This document shows, piece by piece, positions 13,401 through 24,700 of a stretch of DNA of 64,000 nucleotides. The DNA is from Macrostomum hystrix (taxonomy: Eukaryota > Animalia > Platyhelminthes). How positions within the stretch are numbered: position 1 is the stretch's first letter; each line of letters opens with the position of its first letter. The position numbers and the translations under genes are program-made. The stretch is taken from contig CATNEN010000039.1 of NCBI GenBank assembly GCA_950097015.1, positions 1,364,001-1,428,000 of the forward strand. The letters run 5' to 3'. The notes under the pieces are model-generated. The model saw only the letters and a program-made list of their open reading frames with translations, made no database searches and was not told where the DNA came from.

Positions 13401-14003
13401 GAGTGGAGTGAGGTGGGTGCTAGTGTCGCTGGAGGTAATGTAGATTTCTGGGTAGACTTTTTCAGAGTGGAGTGAGGTGGGTGCTAGTGTCGCTGGAGGT
13501 AATGTACATTTCTGGGTAGACTTTTTCAGAGTGGAGTGAGGTGGGTGCTAGAGTCGCTGCAGGCACTGTACATCTATGAAAGAGTTGTAGCGGCGGCATA
13601 GTTGAGAGATCAAGATGTTTTTAAGTGGTACATTTTGCGCATGTAACCTGCTCATTCTCTCATGAGGTATCGCTCTCTCATGTAAAACGTTCTCCCAAAG
13701 TTCTGAATATTTCAGGCCGCCCACGTTGATTCCGCCTCATCTTATGTGCACTTTTCCTTGCCTGCATTGTTCCGTGGGGCCGCATCGTTTCCTTTGTCCT
13801 GGGTGGGATTGATTGCGTTATTTTCCGTCTGTCTGTTAAACCTGGCACAATGAGCCGCTTCACTGATCCCCCAACAGAGCGAGGTTCCGCCCAACAACAG
13901 TCGCATAATCAACACGCGAGCGGACAATCACACGATAGTGAAGCAGGTGCTGCGGGAGCAGGGCATCGACCTGCCCGGAGGCTCAGCCGCCGCGCGCCCC
14001 TGA
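7428..14003 (+). CDS. FAM102A: FAM102A/B (EEIG1)-like NT-C2 domain protein, about 354 aa; exons 7428-7691, 8170-8738, 12025-12130, 13878-14003
   Basis: NT-C2 motifs KFLVRLTLKELEGVTLSNGVLFAKMRL, LRVSLRKEVRGGRSYSKLGFVNLDLAQY, QRLDNSTLRLSL..LRGDPIY. The last exon RIINTRADNHTIVKQVL resembles the family C-terminal TRxDxxxIV motif. Phases 0, 2, 0 are consistent. Exon 3 is less certain. Confidence 0.88.
7769..8078 (-). mobile_element. tRNA-derived SINE family 1 copy, antisense in FAM102 intron 1
   Basis: On the - strand, A-box GGCAGAGCGG and B-box GAGCTCGATTCC; body matches 3429-3770 with an internal deletion. Confidence 0.75.
8783..9710. repeat. 31-bp minisatellite (about 30 copies), FAM102 intron 2
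   Basis: Unit CCCTTTAACAATTGGAGAGTGTAGCTGCAG(C/T). Confidence 0.97.
10359..11203. repeat. Mixed 23/31-bp minisatellite, FAM102 intron 2
   Basis: CCCCTATCCTATCCTTGAGCAGT with or without TCTCGACT. Confidence 0.96.
12279..12733. repeat. 36-bp minisatellite, FAM102 intron 3
   Basis: Unit GAATGGAGTGACAGGCGGCTGGGAGAGCTAGAAGAC. Confidence 0.95.
13379..13559. repeat. About 59-bp tandem repeat x3
   Basis: GTAGACTTTTTCAGAGTGGAGTGAGGTGGGTGCTAG repeated three times. Confidence 0.9.
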
Positions 14004-15411
14004 GTTCCCCTCCCCTGTTCTCTGTGGCCGGTGCGACTATGACGTGAAGCAATGAACTGATTTCAGTTTTTCTCTGAATGTCGGCGTCCGCTTCCTCTTA
14101 ATTTTGTTTTTCCTTGTTTTGCTTCTCTGCTGATTCGAGGCGCTGTCTCTTCCTCTCATTGCGAGTGCATTATTTTAAGTTTGTTTGCTGCTGCAAGTCT
14201 TAGTGATTAGACAAAATTAATTTTTTACTATTTTTTAGAACACATACTTTTATATCTTACTAAAAGTAGATATGTGCGCACATCGATGTTATTGAGATAT
14301 TTTATTTTCTTTTTACTTTTCAGATTCTTTCTTCGCGCGGTTAATTTAAAGTTGCCCACTTATTTTTTGCTCGTAATTCGCAAAGCTCCACGATTCTTGG
14401 AAAGTTTTGATTGTTTGTTTGTGCCTTTCGCCATCCTTCTTACTATGTTCGATTTTTCGCTTCTCTGTGTTCCTGTTTCAAATGCATTATATAAAGTTAT
14501 CTAAAGTTGGACAATTTCCGCATTGGCTTGGCGTTCACAATTGTTATCATGTGCATTGTTCGAGATAGAGGTCAAGCGGAGGCTGAGGTGGGCGTCCAGT
14601 AATCGATAATATTGTACACAATTGGGGATAGAGGTCAAACTGAGGCTGAGGGGGCGTCCAGTAACAGTTATGATTTGCATTGCTGATGCTATATTTTATC
14701 AGCAAAATATGTTTAAAAGTTCAGGCGTGATTTAAGAGGCCGTTCGGGTCCTTTTTGAGTTATTTTATTGCGCAGGAATTTATCTTACGAATCAAGCGTC
14801 CAGTGCAAAGGCCGCTCTATTTTAAGTAATAAATTTTATGCTGGTAGTTTACAATGGCCGTTTCTACAGACTTTGGACTCCACCTGTTTGTACAGGTAAA
14901 CAAGGCGTGCAATGTGCTTATTTGGTCAGCAGCGATCGCAGCATTTGCCAGTTTTGCTTTCAATATTCACATAGGAAAGGCTTCACTGGGAAAATGTCTG
15001 CCTTCAATAGCAAATAATTGCTCCAATAGATCTCACTATTCTGCTTTTAGTTTTTTCCACAAATTTTTGTTTGAAATCTACCTGTTTTGAAGTTTGGACC
15101 TTCATAATTTGTTTATTTGTCCATTTGTTTTTTGGTCATTCGGTTTGGGAGCTATCGTGAATTGGGCAATGGGTATTTGAATTAGCCCGTCATGGTCTCT
15201 CCCCAGACGGGAAATAGCGTGGCTTTTCTGCCGTTAATTGACGGGGATTGTTACTGCCGGGATCGAGCTGGCGCTGCTTTTTCCTTCTTGATTGCTAAAA
15301 TCAACTAAGAATAATTTGATTGCTTGTTTCACTTATTTCCAGTTGGAGGATGTTAATCGCATCGCGTACTTCTGTCTCGTCAGGTCGGTTGCAAAAATCT
15401 GCTATTTTGTT

Positions 15412-15552
15412 AGGTTAATCAGATACTCGAACTGGCTTTCACTTGATTGGCTGGGCTTTGGTTAATCAGATACTCGAACTGGCTTTCACTTGATTGGCTG
15501 GGCTTAGGTTAATCAGATACTCGAACTGGCTTTCACTTGATTGGCTGGGCTT
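15412..15552. repeat. About 47-bp tandem repeat x3
   Basis: GGTTAATCAGATACTCGAACTGGCTTTCACTTGATTGGCTGGGCT x3. Confidence 0.9.
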
Positions 15553-16642
15553 CACACCTCGTCCCTCCAGAGTCTATAAATAGCTGTGAAATCGGAGTGC
15601 CTAATGCCTCTTGTGCAAGCTTCTGCAAGCCTAGTGATCAGATTGGCCAATCGATTCTGTCCAGCTTTTCAGTGTTGCGCTAATAAAACTCGATCAAGCA
15701 ATTTATGTAAATCATAAAACCTCTGTTCAGTTTATAAGTCTAAATTTTTACTGGTCATGTTTACTTGAATGCAATATAATTAAATAGTTTTCTTACCTTG
15801 AAACGGCCAAGTTTGGCTTGTTGTCCAGAGCCTAGAGACTAATTGGTGCGATTTCTTAGAAAATGGTAATCCGGGCTCCCGGAGCGCGGCCTTTTTACTA
15901 TGTTATTTCGCGAAGACTCGGAGGTATTCTCCGGAGGTTTTTTGAGGTGCCGACGATTATCGGGCTCCTCAATGTCACCCGACACCTGATTTGACTTGCA
16001 CACATTGGACTAGGAACTTGCTAGCTAGAATTTACAGCCAGTGACCTACCCGAATTTCTATACTAAACAGTGTCAGGTAAAAACTTGTCAAGCTGGGTGG
16101 ACTGATTGAGGCATCATTTGTCATGCTTAATGGCACCAAATAACATAGCTCTAGGCTATGAGGCGCGATATGAGCAATTTTTCGACAACGGAGGAGATAA
16201 AATGGCTCACTATTCATGCTTCCTTGACTTCTTTGGCTTAACGGCACTAGAGTTGAGGCCGGATCGAAACTGTTTTATCTGGCTCTTGCCGTTTCGCTGC
16301 TTCCTGGCATTAGCACAGCAAGTTCTGAGCCAAATATAATCAACTATTTCCAGCGGCTTTTGGATCCAAACAGGTTCGAATCCGTCAGTTCGGATTCGGC
16401 ATGCCAGTTATTTCTGATTCAGAGATTCTAAGTTTAGTGCACATCCTGTTCCTCGTGTTTATTCTTTCTAGCTCTCTGCAGAGTTCCTCTAAGGTGTGCC
16501 ATTAGCCTTCCGTTTGACGCTATTTATAATACGAGCTATATTTCTGAGAAAGGCATTGGTTGCAAAGTAATCGAAATTATTTGCACGAATTTAGATTTCA
16601 CTCTTCAAAGACAAAGCCATCCCTTAGCTAGTAGCAATATAT

Positions 16643-18200
16643 GGTTACGTCACATTTCACCGTATCTCATCTCGCCGATTCTCATTTCGCCGACATTCTC
16701 ATCTCGCCGATTCTCATTTCGCCGATTCTCATCTCGCCGATTCTCATTTCGCCGATTCTCATCTCGCCGATTCTCATTTCCCCAACATTCTCATCTCGCC
16801 GATTCTCATTTCGCCGATTCTCATCTCGCCGATTCTCATTTCGCCGATTCTCATCTCGCCGATTCTCATTTCCCCAACATTCTCATCTCGCCGATTCTCA
16901 TTTCGCCGATTCTCATTTCGCCGATTCTCATTTTGCCGATTCTCATTTCGCCGATTCTCATCTCGCCGATTCTCATCTCGCCGATTCTCATTTCGCCGAT
17001 TCTCATTTCGCCGACATTCTCATTTCGCCGATTCTCATTTCGCCGACATTCTCATCTCGCCGATTCTCATTTCCCCAACATTCTCATCTCGCCGATTCTC
17101 ATTTCGCCGATTCTCATTTCGCCGATTCTCATTTCGCCGACATTCTCATCTCGCCGATTCTCATTTCGCCGAATCTCATCTCGCCGATCTCATTTCGCCG
17201 ACATTCTCATCTCCCCGATTCTCATCTCGCCGATTCTCATTTCGCCGATTCTCATTTCGCCGATTCTCATTTCGCCGATTCTCATTTCGCCGACATTCTC
17301 ATCTCGCCGATTCTCCTCTCGCCGATTCTCATCTCGCCGATTCTCATTTCGCCGATTCTCATCTCGCCGATTCTCATTTCGCCGACATTCTCATCTCGCC
17401 GATTCTCATCTCGCTGATTCTCATCTCGCCGAATCTCATCTCGCCGAAATTAGCGCTCTTTGACAATTTTGGGATTACTCACGGGTCGACTCAGTAAGAT
17501 ATGTTTTCTGTTACTTTTTTGAGACTTACGCGCGAGCTCTATGGAAAACCGTAGCGAAACTGCTTCGATAATTTCTTCTTTGTCTATGGTCGAGATTAGA
17601 TTCGGCGAGATGAGATTCGGCGAGATGAGATTCAGCGAGATGAGATTCGGCGAGATGAGATTCGGCGAGATGAGATTCGGCAAGATGAGATTCGGCGAGA
17701 TGAGAATCGGTGAGATGAGAATGTCGGGGAAATGAGATTCGGCGAGATGAGATTCAGCGAGATGAGATTCGGCGAGATGAGATTCGGCAAGATGAGATTC
17801 GGCGAGATGAGAATCGGCGAGATGAGAATGTCGGGGAAATGAGAATCGGCGAGATGAGAATCGGCGAGATGAGATTCGGCGAGATGAGATTCGGCAAGAT
17901 GAGATTCGGCGAGATGAGAATCGGCGAGATGAGAATGTCGGGGAAATGAGAATCGGCGAGATGAGAATCGGCGAGATGAGAATGTCGGGGAAATGAGAAT
18001 CGGCGAGATGAGAATCGGCGAGATGAGATTCGGCGAGATGAGATTCGGCGATATGAGATTCGGCGATATGAGATTCGGCGAGATGAGATTCGGTGATATG
18101 AGATTCGGCGAGATGAGATTCGGCGAGATGAGATTCGGCAAGATGAGATTCGGCAAGATGAGATTCGGCGAGATGAGATTCGGCGAACTGCGACGTACCC
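16643..18200. mobile_element. Non-autonomous foldback (Mutator-like) transposon with arms made of 15-bp tandem repeats
   Basis: 9-bp TSD GCAATATAT (16634-16642 and 18201-18209); termini GGTTACGTCACATTTCACCG / GGGTACGTCGCAGTTCGCCG (16/20); left array (ATCTCGCCGATTCTC)n inverted in the right arm, with about 140 bp of unique spacer. Confidence 0.88.
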
Positions 18201-18751
18201 GCAATATATAAATACGATTTCCACAAAATCGTCATTGCTTCTTGTTCTGCGTATTCATCCATCCAAATTCTAAATAAATATTCAACAACAAATACGAGTA
18301 TATATATAGGCTAAATATGCTACGCTGAAAGATGCAATCACACTGCATAGCCCAGGAATCTTCAGTTTGTTCAGCATTTACACATAAACATACATCTGCA
18401 ATGTACACGCTCGCTAGCTCATGGCGTTGATAAAGTGAATCAGCTTGCATTTCCTGAACTAGCATCCGCTGTCCTGCAGGCTGCAGACGGTGTGAGATTG
18501 CTGACCCCCAACGAGCGCGCTGGAGTGGGTCGGTTCTCTTGTTATAATCGCTCGTGCCTATCAGTTTACTGCATCTGTGTGGGCCGCTGGCGCTGTTATT
18601 TCCATGCACAATCAAGGGCAAACTTGGCCAAGTCGCTACGCCTGCCCACAAGCTGCTGAGAGGCGCTAAGCTTGACAACAACTTGGAGGCCCCACAAACC
18701 GAGCTTATTCCTATCCGATTGCTAAACTCCGCGAGCGCACAGTTCAGCACA

Positions 18752-21700
18752 ATGTCCAGAAGCGCCGGGCTGCAGAAGCTGTCGGGTAAGTCAGCCTAGG
18801 ACCAATAGAAGACCATTGTTGCAGAAGGATTGTCAATCTTGGAGGTACCGGGTACACTGTCTATGGCCAGATCATATTCTAGTAATGCATATTCCCCTCA
18901 TTGAGGCAAGAAAGTGTTGGACGAGATAGGCGAGCACAGTATTTTACAGTTCATTGACAATCTCCTCGGTGAATTTTAAGCAAGCTGCCCATTAAAGAAC
19001 GATCCATGTGATGAACTATAGGAAAAATTGCGAGTTTGGCGCTGCATAGCAACAAAAAATGTGACTTTTCACTTAATCGAAAAATTCGCACAGTTGAGTA
19101 CCTGCGCGTCTATCACTTCAAGTGCACCAGCGCCGAGCTCAGTGACTACCTGGTCAAGCTGGAGATTGACCCGATGACTGCGGAGCATTGCTGTAAGCCA
19201 CATGCGAGCTGAGAAACTGACACCATTGGAACATCAAGCATTGGAACAAAAGTACATTGTAGTAAAATGTCCTTGAAAACAGAACACTTTGAATTTAGGG
19301 ATGTACACGCAGGTGAGGTACATTTGCAGGCTTTAATCTATGGGCTGTTTGACTATTTGAGTGTGAATGAACTATGTGCCAAATGCATCTAGTTATTTAT
19401 AAAGACAAATGCGAGAGAGTGAGTCTAGGTCAAGATGCGCCTCAAGCCACGCCACGCTCCACCTCCGCAGTCTCGGTCTACTACGGAGTCCTGCGAGCCA
19501 ACCGACTGTTCCTGTTCAGCCACACAGCATCGCAACAGTGCAAGACTGTAGTTAACCTCGAGCATTGCATGTGAGAATAGTCATCAAATAGCGCCCAAGC
19601 AAACACCACCCCAGCTGAGCACCCACCACCCCAGCTGAGCATCCACCACCCCAGCTGAGCACCCACCACCCCAGCTGAGCACCCACCACCCCAGCTGAGC
19701 ACCCACCACCCCAGCTGAGCACCCACCACCCCAGCTGAGCACCCACCACCCCAGCTGAGCACCCACTACCCCAGCTGAGCACCCACCACCCCAGCTGAGC
19801 ATCCACCACCCAGCTGAGCACCCACCACCCCAGCTGAGCACCCACCACCCCAGCTGAGCACCCACCACCCCAGCTGAGCATCCACCACCCCAGCTAAGCA
19901 CCCACCACCCCAGCTAAGCACCCACCACCCCAGCTGAGCACCCACCACCCAAGCTGAGCACCCACCACCCCAGCTAAGCACCCACCACCCCAGCTAAGCA
20001 CCCACCACCCCAGCTAAGCACCCACCACCCCAGCTGAGCATCCACCACCCCAGCTGAGCATCCACCACCCCAGCTAAGCACCCACCACCCCAGCTAAGCA
20101 CCCACCACCCCAGCTAAGCACCCACCACCCCAGCTAAGCACCCACCACCCCAGCTAAGCACCCACCACCCCAGCTAAGCACCCACCACCCCAGCTAAGCA
20201 CCCACCATTAAACAACGCCATCTCAGCCAAACACCCTCCCGCTCTCCGTCCAGCGTTCGAGATGTTCATCTGGACAAGCAGTGGCCGGCCTGCTGCACCT
20301 CCGGCTGCCAAATCTGGCTGCCCGGCTGCTACAGTGGCGGCTCCTCGACTGTGCCAGCCGATGCGCCTGGCTGTTGGCAGCTGGGCTTCTTCTCCGGCTC
20401 CAAGTGGAAGCGGCACCTGGATGTTTATTCCAAGTAAAGTGCCAATCAATCACACCCTAAATTATCATAAATTAGCTGCAGTTTCCCAGCTGCAGTTTCC
20501 CAGCTGCAGTTTCCCAGCTGCAGTTTCCCAGCTGCAGTTTCCCAGCTGCAGTTTCCCAGCTGCATTTTCCCAGCTGCAGTTTCCCAGCTGCAGTTTCCCA
20601 GCTGCAGTTTCCCAGCTGCAGTTTCCCAGCTGCATTTTCCCAGCTGCAGTTTCCCAGATGCAGTTTCCCAGCTGCAGTTTCCCAGCTGCAGTTTCCCAGC
20701 TGCAGTTTCCCAGCTGCAGTTTCCCAGCTGCATTTTCCCAGCTGCAGTTTCCCAGTCCTATCCAACACACGCAGGCAGGCAGGCTCGTCTGAGCCGGCTG
20801 ACGCCACCGACAGTGAGTACGACAATGACGAATACGACGCCGGTGACACGGAACTCAGCGGCCTGTGGGCGATGCTGGCGGACACGGATCCCAGGCCAGT
20901 GAGTCCTCAGCCGAACGCCTCGCGGGCCGCGCCTGGCCAGAGAGAAACCTTCAGCGGCGGGTCGGCGACACCGCAGCAGCAACCATTGGCATCAAGGGTA
21001 TAGCGGCTTCGTGCATTTGCTTTTGAATCGGGATTCGGAATTAGGGTTTATTGGACAGGTTATCGATTGACTCATTGGGAATCGTGACTCATTGGGAATC
21101 GTGACTCATTGGGAATCGTGACTCATTGGGAATTGTGACTCATTGAGAATCGTGACTCATTTGGGAATTGTGACTTATTGGGAATCGTGACTCATTGGGA
21201 ATCGTGACTCATTGGGAATTGTGACTCATTGGGAATTGTGACTTATTTGGAATCGTGACTCATTGGAAATTGTGACTCATTGGGAATTTGACTTATTGGG
21301 AATCGTGACTCATTGGAAATTGTGACTCATTGGGAATTCGACGTATTGGGAATCGTGACTCATTGGAAATTGTGACTCATTGGGAATTCGACGTATTGGG
21401 AATCAGGATTCAATAGGAAGTGGTTTATTTGGGGATATTGGTTGGGAATTGAGACCGATTAGGAATCGACTCCTGACTATCGCTGCTCACCCTCAGCCGT
21501 TCGCGGTCGGCCGGGCCTCAGGAGCCTCCGTGCAGCCGCCCCCGCCGATTCGGACCACACCTGACAGACCCGCGTTGGCGCCACCCACACAGACGCTGCT
21601 AGACACGCCGGTACCACCGCTGCAGCAGCAGTAAGCGGCATGATAGAGGAGCTGTGCTTGCTCTAGTTGATGCAGTTTGTTGATGCAGTTTGTTGATGCA

Positions 21701-24700
21701 GTTTGTTGATGCAGTTTGTTGATGCAGTTTGTTGATGCAGTTTGTTGATGCAGTTTGTTGATGCAGTTTGTTGATGCAGTTTGTTGATGCAGTTTGTTGA
21801 TGCAGTTTGTTGATGCAGTTTGTTGATGCAGTTTGTTGATGCAGTTTGTTGATGCAGTTTCTTGATGCAGTTTGTTGATGCAGTTTCTTGATGCCCACTC
21901 CAGGTTGTTCCAAGTAGTTTCACGCTTTTTTTTTCAGGCTACCAAGCGGTCAGCCAGTTTTGTCAGTGGATCCTAGCTTTCCTCAGCTAAGACCAGTCCA
22001 GCAGCAGCAGCAGCAGCAGCCCGTAACAATGGTAGGATCTCGTCTTTAATAAAATTTAAGCAACCCTTCCTACCAAAGTACTAATTTTAGGACCACTTGA
22101 CTACGGAGCCCCTGTCCGCGGACTGTACAGCTGTACACAGTCTTTGGAAGCGCCACGCTTCCGGCCCAACTGTCATAGTTGTCATTTCTCGATTTATCCA
22201 TCTCAAAGCAAAGAAAGCTTAGTCAAGAGCGAATTTTTTTCAACCAGACCAGAAGCACAACTCAGCAGCTGCCTCCGCCGCCCCCGCCACCGAAGCCCGC
22301 GGTTGATTCTCATCTGAAATCGTCTGCGCTGAAGCCAGCGCAGCAGACGCCGCCGCCACCACCGCCACCGCCGCCTCAGAATTTTCGCAATGCCGGCGCG
22401 AACGCCAAGCAACTGCCCCAGCCGCCGCTGCCGCTGAAAACTCCGCTGACGCCGGAACCTCCGCAGACGCCGCAGTCTCCGCAGACGTCTGAAGCGCAGC
22501 AGCCGCTGCCGCCACCAATTCCGCCGAGGGACGGCCGTGGACTCATTGACCAGGTGCCAGGTGCACTACAACAGCCGCCGCCACAGACGCCGCAGGCGGC
22601 CCCTGCCGATCTCTACGACCTGATGTCGCAGGGCCTCTGCGTGGATGCGCTCTGCAGCTATTTCTGTCGCGGTTATTACTGCTCAAAGGATTTGAGACTG
22701 GCCAAGCAGTAAGGCCGAGACTCCTATACTTGAAAGTATCACGATCGGACTAGAGCAGTACAGAGTTCGAATCCCCGAACCCGAATCTAGGCTGATGCGG
22801 CTGAGCTCCGACAATGGCGTGTACATGCTGCGCGGCTTCTGCAACCGCCAGGCTGGCCAGGACAAGACGCTGTGCGTGAAATACTCCATGGTGTACAAGT
22901 TCCGAGTGCGCGTGCTGCAGCAGGGCTACCAGATCTGGAATGAGCACAACAACCAGGTACACAACTCCATGGAGGCACTGCTGTTCTATCACCACCTGTT
23001 CCCGATCCGTGTGGCCCAGAAGATCCAGCACGAGCTGCTGCTGCGCCGGCCCTTTGATCTCGAGTGAGCGAAGCCTCCATGTTGTCTGGCCCAAGTTCTT
23101 GGCCTTCTAACTGACAATCTCCTCCCGCGCTTTCAGGCTTCAGAGGCCGGATTTCAACAGCTGCAACTTGATGCTGCCACTGAGCTCGGCGCTGTGGAGC
23201 CACGGCTCCAAAGAAATGTGCGCTGAGTAAGTAGAAGGGATTTCTCTGATCTGCAGGGATTTCTCTGATCTGCAGGGATTTCTCTGATCTGCAGGGATTT
23301 CTCTGATCTGCAGGGATTTCTCTGATCTGCAGGGATTTCTCTGATCTGCAGGGATTTCTCTGATCTGCAGGGATTTCTCTGATCTGAACAATTTTTGTAT
23401 GGCAGGCTTACAGCAATAGCATTTCTTTTTTCTACTGGGTAGGCAAAAGGACCGAGACCGGGAAAGGACTGGGATCTGTCAGGTTTAGAGGGCTGGGATC
23501 TGTCAGGTTTAGAGGGCTGGGATCTGTCAGGTTTAGAGGGCTGGGATCTGTCAGGTTTAGAGGGCTGGGATCTGTCAGGTTTAGAGGGCTGGGATCTGTC
23601 AGGTTTAGAGGGATGGGATCTCTATATCTCGAAGGACTGAACAAGCCCGCCGCGCCCGGACCGCAGGATCCTGCGCAACTCAGACGACGGCACCTACACG
23701 CTGCGCTACGAACCGAGCAATGGCGGAGCCGTGCTGTGCATCACCCACCGCAGTCAGATCCTCAAATTTCGAGTTGTTATGACGATGACTGACAGCAAGG
23801 TGAGCGCATTAGAATGACGTTGAATTAGATTGTCACCACAAAAGGTTCTCAGTAATTTTTAAGGATCATTGTCCCAGAACTCTTAGCTAACCAAAAGCCA
23901 TCGAATTTCGCCATCTCTAGCGAGAGTTTAGCTTCCACCACCTGCCGGCATCACCTAAATTTGCTAGCCTCGAGGAACTCATCATTCACTACCATAATAA
24001 TCCCATCCGGGGCAGCACGGCCGACGGGGAAATCCTGCTGAAGGTCCCCTTCCAGCTGGTGCCGTGAGTACTTTTCACCTGAAGCGATCGATGCCTGATT
24101 CCGGCCCACCAACCCCGATATACATCCCTAAGCCCTGTATCCATCCTCTGCTATCTTTCCTCAACTCCATCCCACCGCTCTTCCATTCCCTCTCTTTCGC
24201 TATCTCCTTTCCGTTCTCTGCTCTCCCATTCGCTCCTCCCATCCACTCTCTCCCATCCGCTCTCTCCCATTCGCTCCTCCCATTCGCTCTCTCCCATCCA
24301 CTCTCTCCCATCCATTCTCCGCCATCCGCTCTCTCCCATTCGCTCTCTCCGATCCGCTCTGTCCCATTCGCTGTCTCCCATCCACTCTCTCCAATCCGCT
24401 CTCTCCCATCCGCTCTCTCCCATCCGCTCTCTCCCATCCGCTCTCTCCCATTCGCTGTCTCCCATTCGCTCTCTCCCATTCGCTCTCTCCCATTCGCTCT
24501 CTCCCATTCGCTCCTCCCATCCACTCTCTCCCATCCGCTCTCTCCCATTCGCTCCTCCCATCCACTCTCTCCCATCCGCTCTCTCCCATTCGCTCTCTCC
24601 CATTCGCTCCTCCCATCCACTCTCTCCCATCCGCTCTCTCCCATTCGCTGTCTCCCATTCGCTCTCTCCCATCCACTCTCTCCCATTCGCTCTCTCCCAT

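Noticed and set aside
23064-23067. In-frame stops right after SH2-1 and SH2-2 suggesting separate short genes or designed isoforms
   Set aside because: An automatic consequence of phase-2 GTGAG/GTAAG donors. Downstream exons are conserved in both paralogs.
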